A DNA stretch of 64,000 nt, from IMG/VR virus record IMGVR_UViG_3300045988_172855, one strand, 5' to 3'. Both the position numbers and the translations under genes were made by a program. Below are positions 19,401-27,621 of the stretch, piece after piece (the stretch's first letter is position 1; each line of letters opens with the position of its first letter). Below the pieces are notes generated by a model. It was not told the origin of the DNA and did no database searches. It saw nothing but the letters and a program-made list of their open reading frames with translations. The stretch is from a virus.

Positions 19401-19703
19401 GCAGATAACTCTGAAAAAATCTTCAATACTTTTCATACCCTCCTCGTCTCTCAATTTAGAAGTAATTCTTCTAACTGTTCCTATCGAAATACCTTCACAA
19501 CGAGCAAGATCTGTAATTGCAGCTTTTAATTGCATTGTCGTATATGTTCCAAGTGACGTCACTTGCGTTATACCAAATCTTTTTTCCATATACTCTTTAA
19601 CTCGAGGGCGTTGTTGGCCTTCAAAGTCTGTATCAATATCAGGCATCGATCCGAGTTGTCTTATTTCTTGAACTTCTTTTTTAAGACTTTTAATCGTTAT
19701 CAT
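16419..19703 (-). CDS. dnaE: DNA polymerase III alpha (DnaE-type), C-terminal piece: palm/fingers/OB, interrupted by an intein
   Basis: SMPDIDTDF catalytic aspartates, HACG, LKEDILG, YRPGP, (intein), MGKK, AFNFSHAIAYS and a C-terminal OB-like IIGGFVIDI. It begins exactly where ORF 19690-21315 stops matching DnaE. Confidence 0.85.
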   Translation of the reverse strand: MITIKSLKKEVQEIRQLGSMPDIDTDFEGQQRPRVKEYMEKRFGITQVTSLGTYTTMQLKAAITDLARCEGISIGTVRRITSKLRDEEGMKSIEDFFRVICSDTELREFVKSHTELINDVMVCLNSPKSASIHACGTVVYPDEKSSAQWVPVRESNGLVVTEWEGAEIEEAGFLKEDILGIAQLDKLADILKLIEKNRGIKLDLYNDVPLDDPIVFEYIEKGYLGDVFHFGAKGLSSYCVQMKPHSLDEMGLCAALYRPGPIENNYHNEYILRKRGESEIEYPIGAEDILRPHLGLLITQEDIMRLCQHLAGFDLETTDSVRKCIWGEELFWTPDGAVKIKNIKPFTSVTTYNEKECCFKWNKVYRRVYKKEKECIKLNMQGDNHFTCTPDHKLLTEVGWLEAKDCVGHYVYKDLSRRFGTLSKSKEELYLMIALLTEGSIGTIGSCNFVNKDESELSEFKRCYKEFVREEPKEYYNQYTGCTSLKIKDSVVTDLGLEFVKSDEKRLPDYIFSLNEECQLFVLGKLIDFDGYVASKKGGLLIGYSSKSKELIDQINILFSCLGVLTTTNSRSFAEYPEKYYDIGISSIEDALKIKAMLEPYSTKIKERFNFKLEDFDLDSYSQYKIPFEIWQPIIKNLIDHSGYNCNELLGKNILNYGINRPFDLTYRRAEKILKRCGRSKYLENILKREFCFLKVESYDRVGKLPVYDFTMTSDRSPYAFVGGILAHNCMGKKITSKLKSFGDKFVKGYVERFGVEEKYAQDLWKQMEEFGKYAFNFSHAIAYSRNGYNCIWLKAHYPIEFWSVTFSHAKIEDYPFYINEIQKLGNITIKSVDINKSDINIVSDVKTSSMYWALNSVKQCGDKAQEFIHNEREKHGEFFSLDEFIDRCVVKGSPVNKSVIENLIYSGAFDKLENITAPHERLRLIESYRENKRVKILEDKDLLTNIIKARKEKNDWWWTLQQKKLSGFASFDYKRLIEEYHSDDAFSDAEYFDVSELKYWDGNDRSKCAIIGGFVIDIIERKSKKGLFATIVLESNYEFINVIVFPDLFAEYADFLRESKNNLLLVDGYIQFDKWRQEYVLQTNLNTSFTVLS
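17517..18734 (-). mobile_element. intein with LAGLIDADG homing endonuclease inside dnaE
   Basis: aa 324-729 of the ORF. Block A CIWGEELF, block B CTPDH, LAGLIDADG motifs LMIALLTEGSIG and LFVLGKLIDFDGYV, and terminal GILAHN followed by +1 Cys. Exteins rejoin as DSVRK|CMGKK, matching the conserved DnaE RRAMGKK. Boundary codons were checked on the DNA. Confidence 0.85.
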
Positions 19704-21315
19704 AATCTAATAATATATCTCCTTCTTTTAATTCACCTGCTTTAACTATCATCTTTTCTTCGTTTCTAAAGATACGAACAAAACTTGTACAAGGTATAAT
19801 AATAGGTGATGAACTTTCTTCGTTAATGATAACCTCTTCAATCTTATCGTGACGTATCAAACGACCTGTTGTTAAGAATCTTTCAAATAGTAGATCGTAA
19901 TCAAGAGGATTAATATAATTCAATCCTAGTAAATACGAAATCAAACATCCACAAGCTGAACCACGACCAGACCCAATTAGAATGTCTTCTTTCTTACACC
20001 ACTTTACAATGTCTCTAAGCATTAAAAAATAGTCGACTACTTCACCATCTTCGATTACCTTCATCTCTTTTTCAAGTCTCTCAACAACTTCATCTTCAGA
20101 ATAATTTTCAAGTATCTCAGGATGTTCTTCGAGTCCTTTGATTATGAGATCTTCAAACATAGCAATATTATCTTCATATTGTAAAGCCTCTTCGTCAGTC
20201 ATGTAATATACAGGCATGTGTCTATTTTGAGTCTCTATTACAAAGTTACATTCAAAAGAAATTTCTTTCAAATTTTGAACAGCTTTTTCAAATGTATCAA
20301 AAAACGCCTCATCGTCTCCGAACAACTTACCAAGCTCTTCAAAATATTCTTGATAATTTTTCATATATTGATTATCACTTTCATAAGTAACGACCTTCGC
20401 TAAGGTATTCATTTTTCTCTTAATAGGAGACCATTCTTTTTCAACATAATACGCATCACACATTGCAACCGGATTCATTTTACTGTCAAAAAACTTTTTC
20501 AAATTTTTCAAGTAAAATTCATCACGATCATCTTTTTCGTATTCAACTGTATCTAATTGATAAAATGAAATAATTTTCTTGAGTTCTCTTGGAATCTTCG
20601 TATAATCAATTGTTTTAGGATCCCATATAAAAATCAAACCCTCTTCACTCTCAAGAATATCTTTTTCTGTTACATATTCTGTATTAGTCTTGTTCATCAA
20701 TTCATTTAGATGTAACAAATTCTCCCAGCCTTTTTGATTTTTAACAAATGCTTTGATTGTGTAACGAATATCGTTTACTTCATCGGAAACCTTAATCTCC
20801 AAACCTTGAATAGCTCGTATTCCATTTTTCTGACACGCAGTCTGAAATTTCATTGCTGCAGCAAGTGTACCTTTTTCACACAAACCTAAACTAGTGATCC
20901 CTAAAAATTTAGCTTTCTTACACCATTGATCGTATAGACACATTCCATTCATCAATTCGAACGGTCCATGAATACCAAGATATGTATCTATATAAAGACT
21001 TTCGTCTACCAATTTAGCTCTACCGATCCATTTTACAGGTTGTAGCTTTACAGACTCTTCTTTACCTTTTTCTAAAGCATACCAAACAGATCCAAAGCAA
21101 AAAATATAGTAATCGTATTCAGTTCTATCACACGCCCAATTAAAGTGTTCATCAAAATAAACACCTCTTTCATTTTTATCCCACTTAAACGGTTCAAAGA
21201 GTTGATAAACTTTATCGTTTATATCAATTAAAAATTCATCTTCGTCTTCTAAAACTTTATATTCAATAAAATTGTCTTCTAAATATTGTAGAAGTTCGGC
21301 AAACAATTCCCTCAT
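19690..21315 (-). CDS. dnaE: DNA polymerase III alpha (DnaE-type), N-terminal PHP-domain piece, a separate ORF
   Basis: IGSGRGSACGCLISYLLGLNYINPLDYDLLFERFL matches DnaE up to the ERFL motif. About 60 non-DnaE residues follow, then TAA at 19690-19692. It overlaps the downstream piece by 14 nt (ATGATAACGATTAA). Confidence 0.8.
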   Translation of the reverse strand: MRELFAELLQYLEDNFIEYKVLEDEDEFLIDINDKVYQLFEPFKWDKNERGVYFDEHFNWACDRTEYDYYIFCFGSVWYALEKGKEESVKLQPVKWIGRAKLVDESLYIDTYLGIHGPFELMNGMCLYDQWCKKAKFLGITSLGLCEKGTLAAAMKFQTACQKNGIRAIQGLEIKVSDEVNDIRYTIKAFVKNQKGWENLLHLNELMNKTNTEYVTEKDILESEEGLIFIWDPKTIDYTKIPRELKKIISFYQLDTVEYEKDDRDEFYLKNLKKFFDSKMNPVAMCDAYYVEKEWSPIKRKMNTLAKVVTYESDNQYMKNYQEYFEELGKLFGDDEAFFDTFEKAVQNLKEISFECNFVIETQNRHMPVYYMTDEEALQYEDNIAMFEDLIIKGLEEHPEILENYSEDEVVERLEKEMKVIEDGEVVDYFLMLRDIVKWCKKEDILIGSGRGSACGCLISYLLGLNYINPLDYDLLFERFLTTGRLIRHDKIEEVIINEESSSPIIIPCTSFVRIFRNEEKMIVKAGELKEGDILLDYDND

Positions 21316-21323
21316 ATCTTTTT

Positions 21324-21358
21324 CTTTAAAGAAAAGGGGTTGAGTAAACTCATATCAC
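21324..21358 (-). terminator. intrinsic terminator
   Basis: 12-bp stem aaggggttgagt/actcaacccctt with an 11-nt loop, followed on the minus strand by TTCTTT. It lies between the stop at 21392 and the start at 21315. Confidence 0.6.
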
Positions 21359-21391
21359 TCAACCCCTTCAACTAATTTTCAACTTTAACTT

Positions 21392-21877
21392 TTATTTTTC
21401 AACAGCTTCAAAGTGCTTATCGCAAACATGCTTAACAACTGTATAATATGTGCTACATGCTTTTGCAATCTGATAGAATGAACGGCCATCGTTTTTCAAT
21501 AGTTCGTCGTAAATCTTGGAAGAAATTTCACTCAGACCTTCAGGCTTTTCACCTTTCGGTTTCACATTCAAAACAACTTTCGGAGCACGCGGTTTCTTTT
21601 CTTTCGGTTCTTTTGCAGTTTTTTCTTTCTTCGCAACTTCAGGATCGGGATCTTCTGCGTCTTCAGCAACAGTTTTAGCATGCTCTTCAACCATCTGTTG
21701 TTCGTTTGCAACATCTTCATCAGAAGCAATCATTTCTTCGTCAGTAACAGTTGTAATACCAGCTTTCTTCTGTTCAATCAACTTTTCCAGTTCATCTCTG
21801 CTATACTTAGCATAATTTTGAATACCCAATTCATTTGCTTCTTTACGCAACAGCAATAATGATTTTTTTTCAGCCAT
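21392..21877 (-). CDS. Rho_N/SAP-like helix-extended-helix protein with an acidic linker
   Basis: N-terminal LLRKEANELGIQNYAKYSRDELEKLIE resembles the Rho N-terminal/SAP-type motif. The centre is very acidic then basic, and a small C-terminal domain follows. Confidence 0.45.
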   Translation of the reverse strand: MAEKKSLLLLRKEANELGIQNYAKYSRDELEKLIEQKKAGITTVTDEEMIASDEDVANEQQMVEEHAKTVAEDAEDPDPEVAKKEKTAKEPKEKKPRAPKVVLNVKPKGEKPEGLSEISSKIYDELLKNDGRSFYQIAKACSTYYTVVKHVCDKHFEAVEK

Positions 21878-21922
21878 AATTCATTTGTTTTTAAGTTATT
21901 ATTTTTGTTTCTTTTGACGCTG

Positions 21923-21954
21923 TAAAGGTCGATCTATTTCTTCAATGTAGCAAC
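21923..21954 (-). promoter_or_regulatory. promoter-like GTTG-N20-GACCTTTA element
   Basis: Minus strand GTTGCTACATTGAAGAAATAGATC-GACCTTTA-CAGCGTCAAAAGAAA, 45 nt upstream of ATG 21877. The downstream leader resembles that of the 56-bp repeats. Confidence 0.4.
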
Positions 21955-21966
21955 ATGTTGTCGAAA

Positions 21967-22539
21967 TTATTTTTCAGAAAAGACTACCTCCTTTATTTGC
22001 ATCATTCTCTGTTCTACTGTACCCGTCACCCTTAAATGTGGAATATCAGAATTTTTCAAAATCTGTTGAATCTTTTGATCAAAAGATTCACGTAATAATT
22101 CATCGACTAATCTTTCTCCGTCATTCTCTACAGGAAACTCAATAGGTGTGTACACTAGAAGTGATAAATCGTCCTTTCTTCTGATAACTTCTTTTCTTTG
22201 AAAGAACTCTTCTGTACTCATATCTATAAAATCCTCACTACCTACCGGCATCTGATCAAATAAAACAGACGTAAATGCAGCAACATCAATTATACATCTA
22301 TCAGCAACAGAAGGAGCTTCAAACATCTTCGAAAGAATTTCATTATATCGATCAAAAATCATTCGTTGAGTCTCTGAATTACTTTTTTCATTGATCTCAC
22401 GTCCTTCTTTATGAAGATCTCTTACAACATTTGTAAAAAATGACCAACCTTCAAATTGTGGATCCTTTTTCATTGCTTCAATAAGAGTTGTCTTACCTGT
22501 ACATGACGATCCGCAAAAACTTATTTTCTTGTACTTCAT
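21967..22539 (-). CDS. P-loop NTPase/kinase (NadR-kinase/AAA_28-like)
   Basis: N-terminal Walker A ISFCGSSCTGKTTL. Size 190 aa. Adjacent to the MazG and queuosine-precursor genes. Confidence 0.5.
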   Translation of the reverse strand: MKYKKISFCGSSCTGKTTLIEAMKKDPQFEGWSFFTNVVRDLHKEGREINEKSNSETQRMIFDRYNEILSKMFEAPSVADRCIIDVAAFTSVLFDQMPVGSEDFIDMSTEEFFQRKEVIRRKDDLSLLVYTPIEFPVENDGERLVDELLRESFDQKIQQILKNSDIPHLRVTGTVEQRMMQIKEVVFSEK

Positions 22540-22541
22540 AA

Positions 22542-23063
22542 TTATCTTAAATCACCTGATCCGTGTATTACATTTCTCTTTTTACGAGATGCTAATTTTT
22601 CATTATTTTTAAGAGCAATCTCTTCAATCGTTAATCCTAAAGATTTTGAAAGACCGTTCAAATAACTCCAAACATTCTTCCACGCTTCAACAGTCTGATC
22701 TTTTCTGTTTTCTGAAAAATGATTGCATGAATCCTCAGACCAATCATCTCTCAAAAACTTCTTAACTTGCTCAGCAATTTTACCAACTTCTGAAACAATA
22801 TCAAACGGAGACGGCATCCGAACATCTTCATTCCAATTCCAATCGTCTTCAATGGGAAGATTCAGTTCTATGCGAATCATTGCTAAATACCACATCATAT
22901 CTCCAATTTCTAATGCAACATCTTCAATATTCGCTTCATCTTTCATTTTTTCAAACGTCTCACCCATCTCTCCAGCTAAACCAATTACAACATAAGGAAT
23001 CGCTACTTTAGGATTGTATATAGGCGTTTGATTTGCCTTTGCTTCATATTCTTTGTAATTCAT
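22542..23063 (-). CDS. mazG: MazG-like nucleoside triphosphate pyrophosphohydrolase
   Basis: GLAGEMGE...EIGDMMWYL matches the MazG EExGE/E..D..WY metal-binding helices. ATG at 23061-23063 avoids the 23-nt overlap of the longer track ORF. Confidence 0.7.
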   Translation of the reverse strand: MNYKEYEAKANQTPIYNPKVAIPYVVIGLAGEMGETFEKMKDEANIEDVALEIGDMMWYLAMIRIELNLPIEDDWNWNEDVRMPSPFDIVSEVGKIAEQVKKFLRDDWSEDSCNHFSENRKDQTVEAWKNVWSYLNGLSKSLGLTIEEIALKNNEKLASRKKRNVIHGSGDLR

Positions 23064-23067
23064 CTTC

Positions 23068-23703
23068 TTATTTTTTAGAACAATTTTCAATCATTTTATA
23101 CACTTCATCACGGCTTCCAATTTCGTTAGTCTTGAAATAACCTGAACAGTACGTTGTTTGCATTTCCGAATTATCTTCAACACCACGAAGTTTTACACAC
23201 GTATGTTCAGCTCTGATGTGAACAAAAATACCTTGATTTTCACCGAGAATTTCATTCAAATAATCGTGAATTTGTTTACATAGATATTCTTGAGTTTGAG
23301 GTCTTCTTGACAAGAAATCTACAATACGGTTTAATTTAGACAAGCCTATAATATTACCATCTTTTTTCGGAATATAAGCCACATCGCATGTTCCAAAAAA
23401 TGGTAAAATATGATGAGCACAGAAACTATGAACCTCAACTCCTCCTTGAAAGACAATACCATCGTAACCATTTTCATTCGGAAATACAGTAATCTTTGGA
23501 GGATTATCATAAGCTCCACCGCCCAATTCTTTTACAAAAACCTTTGCAACACGATAAGGTGTCTTCTGCATACTTGGATCATTTCCCCAGTCATATCCTA
23601 ATGCTGTTAAAAACTCGCCATAAGCCTTCGTAGCTCTTGACATCATTTCTTCTCTTTCTTTTTCAGACAAAACCATATTTTGTCCTGCTTTAATTTTCAT
23701 CAT
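23068..23703 (-). CDS. folE: GTP cyclohydrolase I
   Basis: FCAHHILPFFGTCDVAYIPK...IGLSKLNRIVDFLSRRPQTQE is near-colinear with the FolE CEHHLLPFFG...GLSKLNRIV..RPQVQE core. Confidence 0.85.
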   Translation of the reverse strand: MMKIKAGQNMVLSEKEREEMMSRATKAYGEFLTALGYDWGNDPSMQKTPYRVAKVFVKELGGGAYDNPPKITVFPNENGYDGIVFQGGVEVHSFCAHHILPFFGTCDVAYIPKKDGNIIGLSKLNRIVDFLSRRPQTQEYLCKQIHDYLNEILGENQGIFVHIRAEHTCVKLRGVEDNSEMQTTYCSGYFKTNEIGSRDEVYKMIENCSKK

Positions 23704-23707
23704 AACT

Positions 23708-24559
23708 TTATCTTTCTTTTTCAGTACCCCAAATCACTATTTGTAAGCGATCGGTATAATTATATCCATGTTCAGCACAATATTCAGCAACCATTCTTCT
23801 GTTTTGATTGAGTTGGTCATTTGTTGCACCTGCCGGCATTAGAGTTATATTCCACGGTTTGATAAATTTCATATCATACCACAATTCTTCCTCATTGTTT
23901 TTGTAAAATGGTTGCCTCTTTTCTCTTCGCTGCGAGATGTCATAATCAATCAATTCACGAATATGTTTTTCAATTTCTTCGAAATCTTCTTGACCTCCTA
24001 CAACATATTTCAATCTGAAATCCTTAGCAAATGTAATCATTGTCCACAGTGCTTCTTTATTGAAACGTTTATGTGAATGTGACTTCATCGCATCACTCAT
24101 TTTTATTCCGAGTTTTTCGCACTTCTCTTGAGTAGGTTCTGATGAACTAAGTTTTGGAGAGATGTTTAAAAGATCAATTCTCTTCAAGAGCTCGCTGTCA
24201 ACTACAATACTTCCATTTGTTTCAACTATAATATACTTATCGTATTCTCCGTCACATATATCAATAAGTTCAGAAACAAATTCAGGATATAAAAATGGTT
24301 CTCCACCTGTTATCGAAACAGAAGGAGTAAGTGGATGTTTCTCTAACAAATTGATCACATCTTGATAACAATACTTACCTTTGTCAGCTTTAAAACTTGA
24401 ATATGCTGTATCACATATACTATTTGCAAACATACATCTCAAATTACAACCTGACAATCTAACGAAAATTGTCGGTTCTCCGGCTGTTACAGATTCTCCT
24501 TCAATAGAATTAAACAATTCTATAATCGGTCTTTTTTCATTTAATTGCATCTTTGTCAT
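23708..24559 (-). CDS. queE: 7-carboxy-7-deazaguanine synthase (radical SAM)
   Basis: IFVRLSGCNLRCMFANSICDTAYS (QueE-type cluster motif with a lengthened spacer), ITGGEP. Sits between folE and queD. Confidence 0.75.
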   Translation of the reverse strand: MTKMQLNEKRPIIELFNSIEGESVTAGEPTIFVRLSGCNLRCMFANSICDTAYSSFKADKGKYCYQDVINLLEKHPLTPSVSITGGEPFLYPEFVSELIDICDGEYDKYIIVETNGSIVVDSELLKRIDLLNISPKLSSSEPTQEKCEKLGIKMSDAMKSHSHKRFNKEALWTMITFAKDFRLKYVVGGQEDFEEIEKHIRELIDYDISQRREKRQPFYKNNEEELWYDMKFIKPWNITLMPAGATNDQLNQNRRMVAEYCAEHGYNYTDRLQIVIWGTEKER

Positions 24560-25146
24560 ACTTGTTTTTCGATTTTAGGATTTTCGAAATACTTTACACC
24601 TTCAGGCATTCCTTCAGCAAAAAATCGTCTGAGTTCAATCGGCCAATCTTTCTGTACTCCTTCTGAAAACTCTGCTTTCAAATCTACCGGTAAAAAACAA
24701 GCGTCATGTTCAAATGCAGTTGCACTTCCTGTTCTTGTTTCATAATATTGTACAGAATGAACGATAACATTCTTTTCTCCGTTATTGAAAATCGTTGCTT
24801 TAAGTATCTTATTTATAACATATAACATATATAAAGATAACATTTCTGCAGATGGATTCACTGGCAAAACTATCCATCTATCAGACCACTTCTTTACGTC
24901 GTTAATGTATTCAGGATAATCTTTTTTCCATAAGACAGTACAGTGATCAAATGAGTCGATAAAACTTTTAATCGTTGTTTTCATAAGACCAAAATCCATA
25001 AGCATTTGACCTCTGTCTTTCGAACTCGCTGTAAAACTCACTAACACTTTAAAAGAATGACCGTGTATAGAGTGGCGGCACCTTTGCGTAGAACAATTTC
25101 GCACAATATGTGCCATTTCTCCTTCAAATTCTTTTGTTATAATCAT
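24556..25146 (-). CDS. queD: 6-carboxy-5,6,7,8-tetrahydropterin synthase
   Basis: FEGEMAHIV...CRHSIHGHSFKV matches the QueD AAH...C..LHGHSF zinc/catalytic motif. Confidence 0.75.
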   Translation of the reverse strand: MIITKEFEGEMAHIVRNCSTQRCRHSIHGHSFKVLVSFTASSKDRGQMLMDFGLMKTTIKSFIDSFDHCTVLWKKDYPEYINDVKKWSDRWIVLPVNPSAEMLSLYMLYVINKILKATIFNNGEKNVIVHSVQYYETRTGSATAFEHDACFLPVDLKAEFSEGVQKDWPIELRRFFAEGMPEGVKYFENPKIEKQV

Positions 25147-25185
25147 AATTCTATCATTTTTAAATGTTGTCTAAAGATACAATAT

Positions 25186-25665
25186 TTATTTGAAAGAATC
25201 GATGGATATGGTGTACAACAACTTAACTTTTATATCATTATAAGGTACCTCTAAAAATCCCTTATTAACCTTAAGAATCACGATATTTTCATTAGGACGA
25301 TTTTCAATTACTTTATATTCTTTTTCGTTATAAATAACAATTTGTCCTTTCTGAAAAAGATAATACGAATCCCAATAAGAAACACTCTTTTCTGAACTAG
25401 GTACATATTGAAAGTTTGGTTTACCTGACTCTCTTAAAAAGTCTTTTTGAAAGAAGAGTTCTAAAGCAATGTCTGAGTCGAATATACTTGGAAAGTGAAA
25501 TTTTGTAGTGAGATCAATTATCTTTGCCTTTTTCTTTTCAGCAATATCACTGCTCATTTTCTTAAAGTGAGGGGTTTCGTATATAATTGCTCTAAGTCTT
25601 TGACTGAGATATTCTAATTGTAATATATTTACAAATTCTTGATTGGTTAAATTACGCGATTTCAT
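25186..25665 (-). CDS. hypothetical protein
   Basis: ORF with an ATG start. No motif recognised. Confidence 0.5.
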   Translation of the reverse strand: MKSRNLTNQEFVNILQLEYLSQRLRAIIYETPHFKKMSSDIAEKKKAKIIDLTTKFHFPSIFDSDIALELFFQKDFLRESGKPNFQYVPSSEKSVSYWDSYYLFQKGQIVIYNEKEYKVIENRPNENIVILKVNKGFLEVPYNDIKVKLLYTISIDSFK

Positions 25666-25763
25666 ATTTTCGAATTTTTCGTGTAAAATAACTAAATTAT
25701 GTTTAAAACAAAAAGAAAGAGCTACTTAATTCGTAACCCTTTCTTCTATAAAACTTTAAATAA

Positions 25764-26120
25764 CTACCAATTAATTTTAACTAATCGACCTCCCCATCCT
25801 TTCGTTGTCGAGCCATTATATCCTGTTGATGAAGTCACTAATTTTCTATCTCTCACAAATAAACCTTCTTTGTGTAATTCTTTTCCGTATCTACCATAGA
25901 TAAATTCTCCTGTGAGAAGAGTTCCGTCTTCTCTATATGCCATTGATGTAAATCTACTTTCTTTTTCAAAATAAACTTTATGTCCTTCATGTTCAATGCA
26001 ATCCATTTCAACTTCACAAAGAAATGATTCATAAACTTCTTTCATTCTTTTAGTCGGTTTTCCATTTCTCATTACTGGAACTTGAATTTTTCTAAGTTTT
26101 GGCATCATCATTGTTTTCAT
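25764..26120 (-). CDS. hypothetical protein
   Basis: The track ORF starts at TTG 26195, inside the 56-bp repeat. The first ATG, at 26118-26120, is preferred (MKTMMMPKL...). Confidence 0.5.
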   Translation of the reverse strand: MKTMMMPKLRKIQVPVMRNGKPTKRMKEVYESFLCEVEMDCIEHEGHKVYFEKESRFTSMAYREDGTLLTGEFIYGRYGKELHKEGLFVRDRKLVTSSTGYNGSTTKGWGGRLVKINW

Positions 26121-26140
26121 AATTTTCTGTTTTAAATTGT

Positions 26141-26196
26141 TGTCCTTTTCTTTTGATGTTGTAAAGGTACACTTTTGATACACGCGGTCCAACAAT
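26141..26196 (-). repeat. 56-bp perfect direct repeat, copy A (contains a promoter-like TTG-N20-TACCTTTA)
   Basis: Identical to 27622-27677. Minus strand ATTGTTGGACCGCGTGTATCAAAAGTGTACCTTTACAACATCAAAAGAAAAGGACA. It starts at the last base of the primase stop codon. Confidence 0.9.
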
Positions 26197-27203
26197 TACA
26201 GTAAATTATTTGCGAAAAAATTTATAGGCTCAATCAAATTGTCTAAAGCATCGAGTAATTCATTTGCAGTTGCATCCCCTGGGTCTTTCTTTTTATCTTT
26301 TAGAAGGGCTATTCTCACATTGAAGTATCTTTGTAGAGAGAGTGAAGCACTTTTAATCATTTCAGGTTTATCAGGATCATACATTAAAATGATATTTCGA
26401 ACACCTCTCTTCTTTCTCAATAGTTTGATCTGATCTGTACCTATGTTATTACCAAATGTGAATATGCATTTGATCTCGTCTGTTTCGTATAAATGCAATT
26501 TATTGTCAACAGATATATAATCAAACATACCCTCAACAATTATCAAAGTGTCAGTGGTATCTGTGATATTATCATATCCACCTATAACCTTAGCAAATCC
26601 ATCGGTAGAGTTTTCATAGCGCAACACTAATTTTTCTTTACCTGCTTTAAATCTCTTCAGATTGCGTTCGTGCCATTCTTTACTTTTTGTTGATCGTGCT
26701 AACCAAGCTACCGTCTTGTGATTCATGGTGAATTGGAAAACAATCTTTTCTTTTAACTTTCTTTCTAAGAAAAAATTCGTTATAGCCGGTTTAAATTCAT
26801 TGTAATATCTTTTATTGAATCCTCTTTTATCTAAATATTCATCTTTATTTAAATACTGTAATTTACTAGGTAATTTACATTCATTAAGTTCAAGAGATTC
26901 TTCAACCTCTTCTTCGTCTTCAACCAACGGAGTCAGCTTAGATGTTTTGATACTATTCTCATAATCTACTTTAGCAAGATCTAATCTAGAGATTTTGGCT
27001 AAAAAAGACCTTAAATTAGTTTTCGTTCCACATTTAAAACAATGAAATGTACCATTATTATTTTGATCATTAAATCGAATCCCCCACTTACCTCCTTTTC
27101 CACAAAAAGGACAGACTTCATCTTTGTTTTGTAACCAACCTGCCGATCCGAATAGAGTTAGTCCTAACTCTTGGACTAACTCCTCTTTGTCAACTCTAAA
27201 CAT
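26196..27203 (-). CDS. DNA primase (zinc finger plus TOPRIM)
   Basis: CPFCGKGG...CFKCG zinc-binding pairs, then a TOPRIM-like LIIVEGMFDYISV and ILMYDPD. Confidence 0.7.
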   Translation of the reverse strand: MFRVDKEELVQELGLTLFGSAGWLQNKDEVCPFCGKGGKWGIRFNDQNNNGTFHCFKCGTKTNLRSFLAKISRLDLAKVDYENSIKTSKLTPLVEDEEEVEESLELNECKLPSKLQYLNKDEYLDKRGFNKRYYNEFKPAITNFFLERKLKEKIVFQFTMNHKTVAWLARSTKSKEWHERNLKRFKAGKEKLVLRYENSTDGFAKVIGGYDNITDTTDTLIIVEGMFDYISVDNKLHLYETDEIKCIFTFGNNIGTDQIKLLRKKRGVRNIILMYDPDKPEMIKSASLSLQRYFNVRIALLKDKKKDPGDATANELLDALDNLIEPINFFANNLL

Positions 27204-27206
27204 AAT

Positions 27207-27593
27207 TTAATTCTCTTTAATTCCAAAAGTATCAAGACCAAAAGTCTCTGCAATATATATTGATTTATCTTCATAGCTCATTCCGCGATACCAACGTTGC
27301 AACTCACATGCAGAAACACAAAGTATATCGGCTACATAACAACTCATCTTCCAAAATGAACATTGGTCGTATGCCCCTATTTCTTTGAGATATTTTTTAG
27401 CAAAGTATTTAAGTGCTTTCTTAAGCATGGAAGTTTTATCTTCTATATCATAACGGTCTGTGCGTAGATAATATTTAAGACTGATGCTATTAACACCTCT
27501 TTTGTTAATCTCATCAAAAACATCTTTTGCCCAATACATTTCATCTTCTGTTAACTTCATTGCTTTTATGTCTTTGCTGTATATCCGTTTCAT
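27207..27593 (-). CDS. hypothetical protein
   Basis: ORF with an ATG start and an AGGAGA 8 nt upstream. No motif recognised. Confidence 0.5.
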   Translation of the reverse strand: MKRIYSKDIKAMKLTEDEMYWAKDVFDEINKRGVNSISLKYYLRTDRYDIEDKTSMLKKALKYFAKKYLKEIGAYDQCSFWKMSCYVADILCVSACELQRWYRGMSYEDKSIYIAETFGLDTFGIKEN

Positions 27594-27621
27594 TGCTTTA
27601 TCTCCTATTTTTAGTTAATAC

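Noticed and set aside
19690-19703. A canonical split intein joining the two DnaE pieces.
   Set aside because: The non-DnaE residues at the break total only about 75 aa. The C-piece lacks a terminal His-Asn before the +1 Ser, and the N-piece insertion does not begin with Cys/Ser at the extein junction. It is kept as an open question in the findings rather than called as a feature.
26121-26195. N-terminal extensions from non-ATG starts in the ORF track (TTG at 26195, 6135, 34866, 35388, 1556 and 60279; GTG at 14133, 1891 and 56216).
   Set aside because: The extensions overlap repeats, terminator hairpins or the preceding gene. In each case an ATG lies a few codons downstream, positioned 1-4 nt from the upstream stop.
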